From: Bacteroidales bacterium | GTDB lineage: Bacteria; Bacteroidota; Bacteroidia; Bacteroidales; BM520 | Length of the DNA: 64,000 bases | Assembly: GCA_028707815.1 (NCBI GenBank) | Contig: JAQWAE010000001.1 | Coordinates: 68,150 to 132,149, forward strand | Reading direction: 5' to 3' | Part shown: piece after piece, positions 36,358 to 47,615 of the stretch | How positions within the stretch are numbered: the first letter of the stretch is position 1 | How the letters are laid out: the number at the start of each line of letters is the position of its first letter | Notes under the pieces: generated by a model | Told to the model about the DNA's origin: nothing | The model's database searches: none | What the model saw: only the letters and a program-made list of their open reading frames with translations | Made by a program: the position numbers and the translations under genes

Positions 36358-36385
36358 TATTTTCATAATATTGTATTAGTTTTTA

Positions 36386-36417
36386 AGCACCTGAGTTTTT
36401 CGGGTGCTTTTTTTTTA
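36386..36417 (+). terminator. Rho-independent terminator
   Basis: AGCACC...GGTGCT hairpin followed by T9. Confidence 0.6.
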
Positions 36418-36451
36418 TTTTGATTTCCGACTTATATTTATTAAAAACATC

Positions 36452-36459
36452 TACCTTTG
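36452..36459 (+). promoter_or_regulatory. -7 box TACCTTTG for the GH92 gene
   Basis: Exact TAnnTTTG match, about 72 nt upstream of the ATG. Confidence 0.45.
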
Positions 36460-36531
36460 CAAATGTTTCTTTTAAATAATTATGATAAATCGAATTTTCA
36501 ATATCACTTCTATAATATATATTAATAAGGT

Positions 36532-39453
36532 ATGAAACGAATATTATTTTCTCTATTAGTTGTTTTATTTCTATCATCTTGTTCAAGTAATAAAGTTGAT
36601 TTATATAAATTAGTTGACCCTATGATAGGTACAAATGCGCACGGTCACACATTTCCGGGAGCGACAGCACCTTTTGGAATGGTACAACTAAGTCCTGACA
36701 CACGACTTGGCACGTGGGACGGCTGTTCCGGCTATCATTATTCTGATACAGTAATCTATGGCTTCAGTCACACCCATCTCAGCGGCACCGGCTGTAGCGA
36801 CTATGGTGACATACTTTTGATGCCGACAACAGGCAATCCGACTTTATCAAATTCTTTGAATAATGGTTACCCTTCTTCTTTCCGCCATAATACCGAAAAA
36901 GCAGAAGCAGGATATTATTCTGTAATACTTGATAATTATAACATCAAAGTAGAGCTAACCGCTACAGAAAGAGTAGGCTTTCATAAGTATACATTTCCCG
37001 ATAAAACAGGCAACATTATCATAGACCTGAAACATCGAGATGATGTGATAGCTTCTTCCATAGAAGTTGTTAATGATACTCTGATACGCGGTTACAGACG
37101 CTCAAGAGCGTGGGCAGATGACCAATATGTATATTTTGTAGCATGCTTTTCACAGCCTTTTTCCAATTATGGCATCGGCAAAGATAAAACTGTTTCAACG
37201 GATGCCAAGACTGCTGAAGGAACTGATATTAAGGCATATATATCATTTGACGACATTCAAGAGCCTATTATTGTAACTGTGGCAATTTCCGGTGTCAGCG
37301 TAGAAAATGCAACCAAAAACCTTGTTCACATCGGAGATTTTAATACAGCCCTCGCAGAAACTCAGCAAAAATGGAACGAAAACTTAGGAAAAATCAAAAT
37401 TCAATCCATAGATGTTAATGATGATAAAGTATTTTACACAGCATTATATCATTCAATGATAGCGCCCAACATATATGATGACGAAGATAAGCAATACAGA
37501 GGCAGAGATTTACAAATACACACTGCCGACAATTTCGACAATTATACTGTTTTTTCTTTGTGGGACACTTACCGTGCCGCTAATCCTTTATTATCTTTAA
37601 TAGACAAGAAGCGTACTAACGATTTCATCAACACATTTTTAGTTCAATATCAACAAGGTGGCACACTTCCCGTATGGGAGCTTTCAGCTAACGAAACCGG
37701 CTGTATGATTGGCTACCACTCTATTCCTGTAATTTATGATGCCTACATGAAAGGCATACGCGACTTTGATGCCAAATTAGCATTGGAAGCTATGAAGCAC
37801 AGCGCGGAATTAGACCATCTTGGTTTAAAATACTATAAAACATTTGGCTACATTGCATCTGATGCTGAAGGTGAATCAGTTTCAAAAACCATAGAATATG
37901 CTTATGATGACTGGTGCATCGCCATGTTTGCAAAAGAATTAGGTGACAAAAAAACCTATACCGAATATATCAAACGCTCTCAGTCGTACAAAAACCTTTT
38001 TGATGCCAACACAGGATTTTTCAGAGCCAAGGTTAGCAACTTATGGTTCACTCCATTTGACCCTACGGAAGTCAATTTCAACTACACAGAAGCTAACTCA
38101 TGGCAATATAACTTTTACGTTCCGCAAGATGTAAACACTCATATTTCCATGTTAGGTGGAGACGAAAAATATGCCGCCAAACTTGATGAGCTATTTAATT
38201 CATCATCAAAAATGACAGGTCGCGTACAATCTGACATCACCGGATTGATAGGACAATATGCACACGGCAATGAACCAAGTCATCATGTTGCTTATCTGTA
38301 TAATTATGTTGGTGAAGCATGGAAATCGCAGAAACTTGTTCGTCAAATAATGAAAGATTTTTACTACGATGCTCCGGACGGTCTTTGCGGTAACGAGGAC
38401 TGCGGGCAGATGTCTGCATGGTACGTTTTTAGTGCTTTAGGGTTTTATCCTGTTTGTCCGGGAGATGGGAAGTTCATCATCGGCTCACCTATAGTAAAAA
38501 ATGCCATAATAAAATTAGAAAACGGCAAAGAATTTAGCATTTTATCCAAAAATCAATCTGAAAAGAACATCTACATAGATAAGATGACCTTAAACGGCAA
38601 AGATTACACTAAATCATATATCACATACGATGACATTTTTGACGGCGGCGAAATCATATTTTATATGACTGACAAAGCCAACGAAGACTTCGGTAAATCA
38701 ATAGAAGACAGACCTGTAAATATCATTGAAGATAATTTGATTGTCGCTGTGCCGTATTTTTCCAATGAAGTTACGACTTTTAACGACAAAATTAGTATTA
38801 CCATAAATACTCCTGTTGCAGGCAACGAAATTTATTATACCATTAACGGTAGCAAGCCCGGAAAGTCGGCGATAAAATACAATGCTCCATTTGAGATAAC
38901 AGAAACCACGACCGTACAGGCAATATGTATGGATCAAGATAAAAACATAAGCAAGTCAATAGAGACTACGTTTACAAAAGTGCCTAAAAATCGCAGCATA
39001 CAACTATTATCGAAGTACGAGAATCAATATTCTGCCGGCGGCGAAAATGCCCTCATTGACTTTATAAAAGGCGGCGAGAACTTTAAAACAGGGGCGTGGC
39101 AAGGTTATCAAGGACAAGATTTTGCAGCCATAGTCGACTTGGGGAAAGTTGAAAGTATCAATCATGTTTCAGCCGGCTTTATTCAAGACACACGCTCATG
39201 GATTTTCTTCCCCACGAAAGTTGAAGTTTACACTTCAGTTGACGGCAACAAATACGTTTTGTTTGGAGAAGTAAATCAGACAGAATCTATTAAAGATGAG
39301 ATTGTTAAAGTACAAGAGATGGGCATTGAAGGCAGAAAATCAAAGGCAAGATATGTAAAGGTTATTGCAAAATCTATCATGACTTGTCCTGACTGGCATT
39401 TAGGGGCAGGCAATCCGGCATGGCTTTTTATCGATGAAATCACTATAAATTAA
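36532..39453 (+). CDS. GH92 alpha-mannosidase with C-terminal CHB_HEX-like and F5/8 type C (discoidin) domains, lipoprotein
   Basis: Lipobox LSSC. The GH92 N-terminus is DPMIGTNAHGHTFPGATAPFGMVQLSPDT, and GNEPSHH and NEDCGQMSAW are also present. The C-terminus has a discoidin-like region. Confidence 0.85.
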   Translation: MKRILFSLLVVLFLSSCSSNKVDLYKLVDPMIGTNAHGHTFPGATAPFGMVQLSPDTRLGTWDGCSGYHYSDTVIYGFSHTHLSGTGCSDYGDILLMPTTGNPTLSNSLNNGYPSSFRHNTEKAEAGYYSVILDNYNIKVELTATERVGFHKYTFPDKTGNIIIDLKHRDDVIASSIEVVNDTLIRGYRRSRAWADDQYVYFVACFSQPFSNYGIGKDKTVSTDAKTAEGTDIKAYISFDDIQEPIIVTVAISGVSVENATKNLVHIGDFNTALAETQQKWNENLGKIKIQSIDVNDDKVFYTALYHSMIAPNIYDDEDKQYRGRDLQIHTADNFDNYTVFSLWDTYRAANPLLSLIDKKRTNDFINTFLVQYQQGGTLPVWELSANETGCMIGYHSIPVIYDAYMKGIRDFDAKLALEAMKHSAELDHLGLKYYKTFGYIASDAEGESVSKTIEYAYDDWCIAMFAKELGDKKTYTEYIKRSQSYKNLFDANTGFFRAKVSNLWFTPFDPTEVNFNYTEANSWQYNFYVPQDVNTHISMLGGDEKYAAKLDELFNSSSKMTGRVQSDITGLIGQYAHGNEPSHHVAYLYNYVGEAWKSQKLVRQIMKDFYYDAPDGLCGNEDCGQMSAWYVFSALGFYPVCPGDGKFIIGSPIVKNAIIKLENGKEFSILSKNQSEKNIYIDKMTLNGKDYTKSYITYDDIFDGGEIIFYMTDKANEDFGKSIEDRPVNIIEDNLIVAVPYFSNEVTTFNDKISITINTPVAGNEIYYTINGSKPGKSAIKYNAPFEITETTTVQAICMDQDKNISKSIETTFTKVPKNRSIQLLSKYENQYSAGGENALIDFIKGGENFKTGAWQGYQGQDFAAIVDLGKVESINHVSAGFIQDTRSWIFFPTKVEVYTSVDGNKYVLFGEVNQTESIKDEIVKVQEMGIEGRKSKARYVKVIAKSIMTCPDWHLGAGNPAWLFIDEITIN

Positions 39454-39471
39454 ACAATTTAAAACTTTATT

Positions 39472-41115
39472 ATGGAACCGATTATGAAATTAAAAGATGC
39501 AGCATCAAAGCATCACAATGTTTTTAATGACATCAATAGAGAAGAGTTAATCGCTCATTCTATTAAGAATCACGAAGTTATAGTTTGCGAAAGTGGTGCA
39601 TTAGCCACATGGTCACGTCCTGAATCTACAGGAAGAAGTCCTAAAGACACCGTTATCGTAAAACGTGGCTGTTCGGAGAAGAATATTGACTGGACTTCGC
39701 CGAACAACTTACCTATAGACGAAAAAGTATTTGACATGGTTATGGATGATGCAATCAATATGATAATGCAAAAGCCCAACATGTATATAACCAACAGAGT
39801 TATCGGTGCTGACTCAGATTATGCGTTACCTGTTACTACCATCACATGTTCCGCTGTTCACTCTGTTTTTGTAGACAACATGTTCCGTCCCATTCCTGAA
39901 GACATTAGCAAAAGCATTTTTTACAACAAAGATTTTTACCTTATATGTTTGCCTTACGACAAACTCGACAAGAAGAAATATGACGGTTTACTGAGACGTA
40001 TGCCTGACGGTACATCTTCGGACATGATAGTTGCCATGGATTTTGACAGACGTTGTGGCGTTATTGTAGGCTCTGCATATATGGGTTCTATGAAGAAAAT
40101 GCTGTTTACGGTGATGAATTATTATTTGCCGTTAGAAGGCATTTTACCGTTACATTGTTCTGCTAATGAAGGTATTAACGGTGATTCGGCTTTATTGCTC
40201 GGACTTTCAGGCACAGGCAAGACCACTTTATCTGCCGACCCTAAGAGAGCTTTGTTAGGTGATGATGAACACGGCTGGAACGACAACGGCATTGCTAATT
40301 TTGAAAACGGCTGTTTTGCCAAGATGATAGACATCAATCCCAAAAAGGAGCCGGACATTTACGATGCAGTAATGCACAAAGCGGAGCCGACAAAGCACGG
40401 TTCTATCTTAGAAAACGCCATGGTATATCCAAACGGCACTGTCGACTATTACGACAACCGCTTGACAGAGAACTCCCGCGCTTCTTATCCGCTGACATTC
40501 CTAAAGAACATCAAGAAGAGTTCATGCAGTGGTCATCCAACTACAATATTATTCTTAACAGCTGATGCTTATGGCGTACTACCACCGGTATCAGTATTAA
40601 ACAAAGAGCAGGCAATGTTGTGGTTTTTAATGGGTTATACCAGCAAGCTCGCCGGTACCGAAACAGGTATTGTAGAGCCGCAAGCTACTTTCAGCAGATT
40701 CTTTGGTGCTCCGTTTATGCCGTTCAACCCTAATGTATATTCCGGTTTATTAGGCGAAAAGATGGAGAAATACAACACCCAAGTTTATCTTATCAACACC
40801 GGATGGACCGGCGGCGGCTATGGTGTCGGCAAACGCTTCGACCTGAACTACACCCGCAAAATGGTTGATGCAGCTCTCAACGGCAGCTTAATTTCCAACG
40901 ACTACATCATTGATGACATCTTCCATCTGAACATTCCTAAACACGTAGAAGATGTCCCTGATGAAATCTTAGTCCCGATTAACACATGGCAAGACAAAAA
41001 CGCTTATCACGAAGCCGCTAAGAAATTAGCAGACAAATTTGCAGCTTCCTTCAAAAAATCTTACGGAACACAAAACATCAGCACCGAGATAAGCAAATAC
41101 TGTCCGGGTATGTAA
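39472..41115 (+). CDS. pckA: Phosphoenolpyruvate carboxykinase (ATP)
   Basis: The GLSGTGKTTLS kinase-1a motif and overall PckA layout are present. The start could instead be the ATG at 39484. Confidence 0.9.
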   Translation: MEPIMKLKDAASKHHNVFNDINREELIAHSIKNHEVIVCESGALATWSRPESTGRSPKDTVIVKRGCSEKNIDWTSPNNLPIDEKVFDMVMDDAINMIMQKPNMYITNRVIGADSDYALPVTTITCSAVHSVFVDNMFRPIPEDISKSIFYNKDFYLICLPYDKLDKKKYDGLLRRMPDGTSSDMIVAMDFDRRCGVIVGSAYMGSMKKMLFTVMNYYLPLEGILPLHCSANEGINGDSALLLGLSGTGKTTLSADPKRALLGDDEHGWNDNGIANFENGCFAKMIDINPKKEPDIYDAVMHKAEPTKHGSILENAMVYPNGTVDYYDNRLTENSRASYPLTFLKNIKKSSCSGHPTTILFLTADAYGVLPPVSVLNKEQAMLWFLMGYTSKLAGTETGIVEPQATFSRFFGAPFMPFNPNVYSGLLGEKMEKYNTQVYLINTGWTGGGYGVGKRFDLNYTRKMVDAALNGSLISNDYIIDDIFHLNIPKHVEDVPDEILVPINTWQDKNAYHEAAKKLADKFAASFKKSYGTQNISTEISKYCPGM

Positions 41116-41165
41116 GACAAAGTTTGGCAATCATTAATCTTACTTTTAGATTAAAATAATAAAAA

Positions 41166-41203
41166 GGGGCGTGACTATTTAATAACCACACCCCTTTTAT
41201 TTT
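41166..41203. terminator. Bidirectional terminator between pckA and the DUF3857 gene
   Basis: GGGGCGTG...CACACCCC hairpin flanked by an A-run upstream and TTTTATTTT downstream. Confidence 0.5.
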
Positions 41204-41219
41204 ACATAATTATTATATT

Positions 41220-43016
41220 TTACATTTTATATATAACGGTTTTATAAGCTTCGTTATCCCATAAAATCATCATTTTGCGGAAATTATCGTAATCTGCAAT
41301 AGCAATTACGTTGTTATAAACAGTCAACTCTCTTGATATAGTTGCCGTCTGTTCATCTATTTTTATGCTGATATGGACACTGCCAAAATTATAGTTTTCT
41401 TTAATGTCACAAGCTTTTGTTACGAACTTGCAGTCGGTTGGAATTGCAATTGTGTACTCATATTTTTCGCTGCTATTTGTAGCGTAAAGAGGAGCTTCTC
41501 GCTTGGTATTCAAAGCCGTAGCATCAATAGTATAGCCGCATTTCACTTCAGGAATCATAAAAGAATAATATCCCGATTTCATGTCTCTGTTATTAGAATT
41601 AACATCGCCAACAAATGTAATATGAGAGCCATCAACTTTAACATTATCTACGTCAACTTTAACATTTGTAATTAAGTTTGCAGCTTTATCTCGCTGTGCA
41701 AATATCTGAAAATAAGGCACTTGAGCAGATGTGGCGTCAACAGAAATGTTACCATTTAACGCTTGTTTATCTATATCTAATTTTGATTTCAAATTCACCG
41801 TATTAGCTATAACAGGCAAAGGTTTTGCTCTAAATGTCTCTGCGGTAGCACTTATAGGATACATAATATATCCCTGATAAACTGTTTCGAGTGAGCGATT
41901 GTCTTTTGACACCGGCGACAGAACAATATCTTTATTCTTAAAATTTATCTTAGCGCCCCAATGTTCAATAATATCAAGACAGCCGACAGCATCATTGTGC
42001 ATTGGTTCGTAAGCAAATGCTACAGGCATTGCAGAATATCCCGCTTCATTTAACATTGCGCACAAAAGCACAGCCTTTTCAGCCTCGTTGCCGCAATTAG
42101 CTTTCCACGTTGTAGATGCATCAGCCAAAACATAATTATTATATTTTATTGATATTGAATTTGTTACAACATTGTCCACGACATAATCTCTAATAGCGAG
42201 AATATTTTTAAATTCTCCACCTTTTTCTCCTATAATCTGATTTATTGTCTCCTTACTTTCCGGAATGTTCATATTAATAAAAGCATTTTGATTAACAAAA
42301 GAGAAATATGCTTTTGTCATATCTTTAGCTGTGGTAAAAACAAGTACAGGGTATAAATCCTTGTCATTTGGCAGATAAGGCTCGGCATAACTCTGTTTCA
42401 AGTTTTTAATATTCCAATGATATTGTTTAAAATTATCATTTTCGGTGATAGTTGCTCCTAATCTGAGGTTGAGCATACGTTCTCTGATTTCCATAGTTTT
42501 AGGAACAGAAACGGTTACATCATATTCTTTCACAGGTGAATATTCCACAAACTCTATTACGTCCATAAGTTCTTTATTAAACTTCGGCTCGCTATGTATA
42601 GTATAATCCAAAACTATGGTAGCATTATACTCCAAAGCTGTGTGCGTAACTACCATTTCTTTCATATTATTATAGCGGGCGCAGTCAGCGCAAGACGAAG
42701 GTAATACTTCATTAAAAGCGTTAGCAGGTGTCTCAACTTTCGAGCCATCAGCGCGTAAAGTGTAAGCTTCATTTATCTTTAATGTTTGATAATCAGGATT
42801 ATACACTATAAAAGTCTCACCATAGATACTGAAAAACGAGCGTAACGACAACAACTTCAGCTCTTTACGGTAAGTATAGTCTATGCTGCCATCTTTATTT
42901 ACAACATATTCTTTTTTAATCAGATTAAACTCTGCATCATTTCTTGAAGTTTGGCAAACAGCCTGAGATAAGGTAATAATTGATATTAAACTTATTATAA
43001 ATATTTTATGTTTCAT
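41220..43016 (-). CDS. DUF3857-type secreted protein with a degenerate transglutaminase-like core
   Basis: Signal peptide. It is a paralog of the upstream gene. NCGNEAEKAVLLCAMLNEAGY and EHWG are retained, but the Asp position reads VLSPV. Confidence 0.6.
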   Translation of the reverse strand: MKHKIFIISLISIITLSQAVCQTSRNDAEFNLIKKEYVVNKDGSIDYTYRKELKLLSLRSFFSIYGETFIVYNPDYQTLKINEAYTLRADGSKVETPANAFNEVLPSSCADCARYNNMKEMVVTHTALEYNATIVLDYTIHSEPKFNKELMDVIEFVEYSPVKEYDVTVSVPKTMEIRERMLNLRLGATITENDNFKQYHWNIKNLKQSYAEPYLPNDKDLYPVLVFTTAKDMTKAYFSFVNQNAFINMNIPESKETINQIIGEKGGEFKNILAIRDYVVDNVVTNSISIKYNNYVLADASTTWKANCGNEAEKAVLLCAMLNEAGYSAMPVAFAYEPMHNDAVGCLDIIEHWGAKINFKNKDIVLSPVSKDNRSLETVYQGYIMYPISATAETFRAKPLPVIANTVNLKSKLDIDKQALNGNISVDATSAQVPYFQIFAQRDKAANLITNVKVDVDNVKVDGSHITFVGDVNSNNRDMKSGYYSFMIPEVKCGYTIDATALNTKREAPLYATNSSEKYEYTIAIPTDCKFVTKACDIKENYNFGSVHISIKIDEQTATISRELTVYNNVIAIADYDNFRKMMILWDNEAYKTVIYKM

Positions 43017-43033
43017 AGTAATTATTTTTTATG

Positions 43034-44983
43034 TTATTTAGCGATAATAATTGCTTCATTTGAAAAATCTTGTTGCGATTTTACAGCATCTTTAAAAGGA
43101 GTCCATTCGTCCGCTTCGTAAACCCTCTTACCGTAAGAAGCTGTTTGTGAGAATGTTATAATTCTTTTATCGACTGTATATTTACCATCATAATTTACGT
43201 AATCAGATGTTACGGTTTTTTCTTCAGGGAGGTTTAGCACTTCGCTGTATTTAGGCACTTTAACGGTTTCATTGATTTCGACAAGACGTGAGCAGCGGTC
43301 TTTAAAAGGATACTCTCTACTTTCGAGTGAGGCATCATAATAAAGGTGCGGCATAGCTCTTTTGAAAACGCCTTTAGCGAGGAGCGGAGTAAATATAATT
43401 TCTTCGTTTGTAACGACTGCATAATCAGGGATTTCGATATTATATATCACCGAGAAAGGCTGTTCGAGATATTTTTCGCTGTCGGTATATTTTACGGAAG
43501 TAATTTTAGCGCGTGGGTCAATTCTGATAATTTCGCTTTCCAAATTATTTTCCCATTCGCTGTATCTGCTACTTGTGAAGACTCTTCTGATAGTTGCATC
43601 TGATTGACCTTCAGCGGTTACAGTAAGTTTACAAGTTAGAGTTCCGTTTGAGGATATTTCTGATGTTGCCGTCATTCTAACATAATGATTTTCGGGAGTG
43701 GATATTGGTGTTTCCATAAGGTCGGCACCTTGCGGCAGACCCATCAGATAATTTTGTTGTTGTTCGGCACTTGACCAGAGTTCGCGAACATTAGGCACCC
43801 AAGTCGGGTCTAACAGCTGATACTCTCCGTTACGGCGTTTTACTACTGTAACGCTGTGATTAAATTGGTCGGCAGGTATTCTGTCGATACGCTCGCCAGC
43901 CATTGTCATAGCGGCATACGACTCGAAGCCGGCTGCACGGAGCATGGCAATAAGCAAGCTCGCTTTGTCTTTGCAGACACCACAACGGTCTGTAAAATTC
44001 ATCTGTGCATTATGAAGTGTGAAGCCTTCGCCTTCGCCCATCGAGATGCCGGAATAGCGCATATTATCGGCAACCCAATGTGTCAGAATGCTGATAGAAT
44101 CCAATTCTGATTTTGCCGGAGCAAGCAGCTGATTAACTTTTTTCTGCAATTCGGGAGTAGAATTAAAGCTACCATAATCTTCGTTGACACCGTAGAACCA
44201 ATGTGATTTTGCGTACCAATCAGGGCTTGTCGACAGCAACAGCTTAGGTTCAATGTCGTTACTTGATAAAGTATAGCTTGGTTTTGCCAAAGGTCTGATA
44301 TCTTTCTTGCTAAAAGTATAAACCATTCTGTCAGCATTATCGGCATCTGACACAACATAGCTATTAACTTCCCCATTATAAACTTTATATTGTAAATATT
44401 TGTTTTTAAGAACATTAACAGAATAAACCTTTTCGACCATTGGCTGTGTACTCCAAAACGGGACTATATCATAATAATGACCTTTCATTGGCGGGATATA
44501 CTTAGAGTCATCATCTTGCAGCAAAGCATAAGTAAAGCCTTTTCTAAAAAATTTGACCTCGACAGCATCGCCCGGTTCAAGGTGTCCTATTTCCACCATC
44601 TTTTGTCTTGCTCCCCAATAAATCATGCGTGCCGGAGCTGCATAATCCAAAACAGGATTATCGACAACATCTACTGTTCCATCTTTTCTGTAGACTTTAA
44701 CTTCGTTAATTTCGACATAAGCAGATAAAGGATCATAATCGATTTTGATAACATTGAAATATTTTGCACCTTTATAATTTAAAATTTTTGTCAATTGGTG
44801 CATATTAACATAGCTAAGACCGGATTCTTCCATAAAAACGTTGGTACTGTCGAATACGGTGACGTAATCTGCTTTTGGAAAATTCTCATTATCACCGGCT
44901 TTTGCAATCAACTTATCATACGATTGCGAAAAAGCAGACAAAGAGAACACCAAAAGAAAAAGGATTAATGCGTTTTTTTTCAT
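43034..44983 (-). CDS. DUF3857 + transglutaminase-like cysteine peptidase-fold protein, secreted
   Basis: Signal peptide. The core RCGVCKDKASLLIAMLRAAG (Cys), NHSVTVV (His) and LLDPTW (Asp) form a putative triad. Confidence 0.65.
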   Translation of the reverse strand: MKKNALILFLLVFSLSAFSQSYDKLIAKAGDNENFPKADYVTVFDSTNVFMEESGLSYVNMHQLTKILNYKGAKYFNVIKIDYDPLSAYVEINEVKVYRKDGTVDVVDNPVLDYAAPARMIYWGARQKMVEIGHLEPGDAVEVKFFRKGFTYALLQDDDSKYIPPMKGHYYDIVPFWSTQPMVEKVYSVNVLKNKYLQYKVYNGEVNSYVVSDADNADRMVYTFSKKDIRPLAKPSYTLSSNDIEPKLLLSTSPDWYAKSHWFYGVNEDYGSFNSTPELQKKVNQLLAPAKSELDSISILTHWVADNMRYSGISMGEGEGFTLHNAQMNFTDRCGVCKDKASLLIAMLRAAGFESYAAMTMAGERIDRIPADQFNHSVTVVKRRNGEYQLLDPTWVPNVRELWSSAEQQQNYLMGLPQGADLMETPISTPENHYVRMTATSEISSNGTLTCKLTVTAEGQSDATIRRVFTSSRYSEWENNLESEIIRIDPRAKITSVKYTDSEKYLEQPFSVIYNIEIPDYAVVTNEEIIFTPLLAKGVFKRAMPHLYYDASLESREYPFKDRCSRLVEINETVKVPKYSEVLNLPEEKTVTSDYVNYDGKYTVDKRIITFSQTASYGKRVYEADEWTPFKDAVKSQQDFSNEAIIIAK

Positions 44984-44987
44984 TTTT

Positions 44988-47615
44988 CTATAATTTAATT
45001 ATTAATTTTTTTATTTCATTTAATTTCATCAACGCCTCTATTGGTGTAAGTGTGTTAATATCAGTATTTAAGATGTCGTCTCTAATTTGTATCAGCAATG
45101 GGTCTTCCATTTGTATAAGGCTTATTTGGAGTGGGTCTACAGTCGGCATATTTTTTTTGCCGTCTTTATCAGACAGTTCTTTACGTTGACCGTTTTCGAG
45201 CTGTTTTAGGATATCATTAGCGCGTCTTATCACTTGGTTTGGCATACCTGCCATTTTAGCAACATGTATACCGAAGCTGTGTTCTGTACCTCCTTTAGCT
45301 AACTTTCTTAAAAAGATGACCTTATTATTTGCTTCTCTGACAGTAACATGATAATTTTTGACACGTTGTTTGCTGTTAGCCATTTCATTAAGTTCGTGAT
45401 AATGAGTAGCGAACAACACTTTAGGGCGATAATTCGGGTTATCGTGCAGGTACTCGGCGATAGCCCAAGCGATAGAGACTCCATCGTAAGTACTTGTTCC
45501 TCTGCCTATTTCATCAAGCAGTATTAAGCTGCGGTTAGAAATATTATTGAGTATGCTTGCTGTTTCGTTCATTTCGACCATAAAAGTCGACTCGCCGGAA
45601 GTTATATTATCGGAAGCACCAACGCGGGTAAAGACTTTATCGATAATACCTATTGTTGCATTTTTTGCTGGAACGAATGAGCCAATTTGCGCCATTATTA
45701 CAATAATAGCTGTTTGACGCAACAAAGCAGATTTACCGGACATATTTGGACCGGTTATCATCATAATTTGTTGAGTACTATTATCTAAATAAATATCGTT
45801 ACTGATATAACTCTCGCCGGGCGGTAATTGCTGTTCAATAACAGGATGTCTGCCACTCAAAATATTTATCGCAAAAGAATTATCTACAATCGGCTTGGTG
45901 TAACCATTTTCGACAGCTATCACGCTAAAAGTCGACAAGCAATCTAATACTGCGGCGATATTAGCATTTTTCTGTATATTTTTAATTGACGGGAGCAGAG
46001 TCAACACTAAATCTTCGTACAATTTTTGTTCTAAGGTAAGAATTTGTCCTTCGGCAGACAGAATTTTAGACTCGAGGTCTTTAAGTTCCTGAGTAATATA
46101 ACGTTCCGAATTAACAAGTGTTTGCTTACGATTCCAATCGGCAGGAACTTTATCTTTATGTGTATTGGTAACTTCGATATAATATCCAAAGACATTATTA
46201 AAACTTATTTTCAAAGATGGGATACCGGTTCTTTCTATTTCTCTTTTTTGAATTTCAAGCAGATAATCCTTTCCCGAATATGCTAAATGCCTGAGTTCAT
46301 CTAATTCTTTATTAAAGCCGTCTTTTATAACGCCACACTTCTGTACTAAAGTTGGTGGGTCATCTTTTATTCTTTCATCAATAATATTGATAATGTTTTG
46401 GCATATTTCAATTTTTTCGCCATAATTTTTAATATGTTCTGAATTAGTATTCAAACATAAATTTTTTATCTCAACAGCTGCTTTCAGAGCATTTTTCAGG
46501 TAGATCAATTCGCGGGGATTAATTCTGCCGTTAGCAATTTTTCCGACTATACGTTCTAAATCGCCGACAATTTTCAGCTTAATGCGCAAGCTGTCGACAA
46601 AAGTGGCATTTTTTGTCATATAGTCGACGATGTCAAGACGTTTATTAATTTTATCGACATCTTTCAGCGGCATAACTATCCATTTTCTGAGCAGTCGGCT
46701 ACCCGGAGCAGACACAGTTTTATCGATAACACATAGCAGAGACTTTGAATTTTCGTTAGAGCCTGAGAGCAATTCAAGGTTTCTTACAGTAAACCTGTCT
46801 AACCACATATAACTATCTTTTTCAAGGCGTGAAATTGTCGAGATATGGTCTATTTTATCATGACAAGTTTCTGATAGATAATGCAATATACCGCCGGCAG
46901 CTATTATAGCTTCGTCCATTTCTTCAATGCCAAAGCCTTTAAGTGAAGAAGTTTGAAAATGTTTTATAAGAGATTCGTAGCCAAAATCTTTAGTAAACAC
47001 CCAATCTTCAAAAGTTGAGATATAATACTTTGCGCTGCTGCCGAAGTTTTCATTAAAATATTCTTTATATTTTTTTTGTACGACAACTTCTTTAGGATTA
47101 AAATTCTGTAAAACTTTATCAATATATTCATCATCTCCTTGAGTCACATAAAATTCGCCGGTTGAAATATCGAGTAAAGCGATACCGTTATCTTTTTTTG
47201 CTAAATGTACACAAGCCAAGAAATTATTATCTTTTTGGCTAAATGTTTTATCGTTGTAAGACACGCCGGGGGTTACAAGTTCTGTAATGCCTCGTTTAAC
47301 CAACTTATTTGTCAGTTTAGGGTCTTCAAGTTGGTCACAAACAGCCACTCTATAACCGGCTTTAACTAATTTAGGAAGATAAATATCTAACGCATGATGC
47401 GGAAATCCTGCCAATTCCACAGAAGAGGCGGAGCCGTTAGCTCTTTTGGTTAGAACTATTCCGAGAATTTCCGAAGTTGTTATTGCATCATCGCTAAAGG
47501 TTTCATAAAAATCACCCACACGAAACAGCAGCAAAGCATCAGGATAACGAGACTTTACAGCATAATACTGCTTCATTAAAGGGGTTTCAACTATAGTAGA
47601 TTCTTTCTGCTTCAT
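44988..47615 (-). CDS. mutS: DNA mismatch repair protein MutS
   Basis: TPLMKQYYAVK N-terminus, Walker A GPNMSGKS, and STF..E. The ORF-track start at 47636 is a TTG, so I prefer the ATG at 47615. Confidence 0.9.
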   Translation of the reverse strand: MKQKESTIVETPLMKQYYAVKSRYPDALLLFRVGDFYETFSDDAITTSEILGIVLTKRANGSASSVELAGFPHHALDIYLPKLVKAGYRVAVCDQLEDPKLTNKLVKRGITELVTPGVSYNDKTFSQKDNNFLACVHLAKKDNGIALLDISTGEFYVTQGDDEYIDKVLQNFNPKEVVVQKKYKEYFNENFGSSAKYYISTFEDWVFTKDFGYESLIKHFQTSSLKGFGIEEMDEAIIAAGGILHYLSETCHDKIDHISTISRLEKDSYMWLDRFTVRNLELLSGSNENSKSLLCVIDKTVSAPGSRLLRKWIVMPLKDVDKINKRLDIVDYMTKNATFVDSLRIKLKIVGDLERIVGKIANGRINPRELIYLKNALKAAVEIKNLCLNTNSEHIKNYGEKIEICQNIINIIDERIKDDPPTLVQKCGVIKDGFNKELDELRHLAYSGKDYLLEIQKREIERTGIPSLKISFNNVFGYYIEVTNTHKDKVPADWNRKQTLVNSERYITQELKDLESKILSAEGQILTLEQKLYEDLVLTLLPSIKNIQKNANIAAVLDCLSTFSVIAVENGYTKPIVDNSFAINILSGRHPVIEQQLPPGESYISNDIYLDNSTQQIMMITGPNMSGKSALLRQTAIIVIMAQIGSFVPAKNATIGIIDKVFTRVGASDNITSGESTFMVEMNETASILNNISNRSLILLDEIGRGTSTYDGVSIAWAIAEYLHDNPNYRPKVLFATHYHELNEMANSKQRVKNYHVTVREANNKVIFLRKLAKGGTEHSFGIHVAKMAGMPNQVIRRANDILKQLENGQRKELSDKDGKKNMPTVDPLQISLIQMEDPLLIQIRDDILNTDINTLTPIEALMKLNEIKKLIIKL

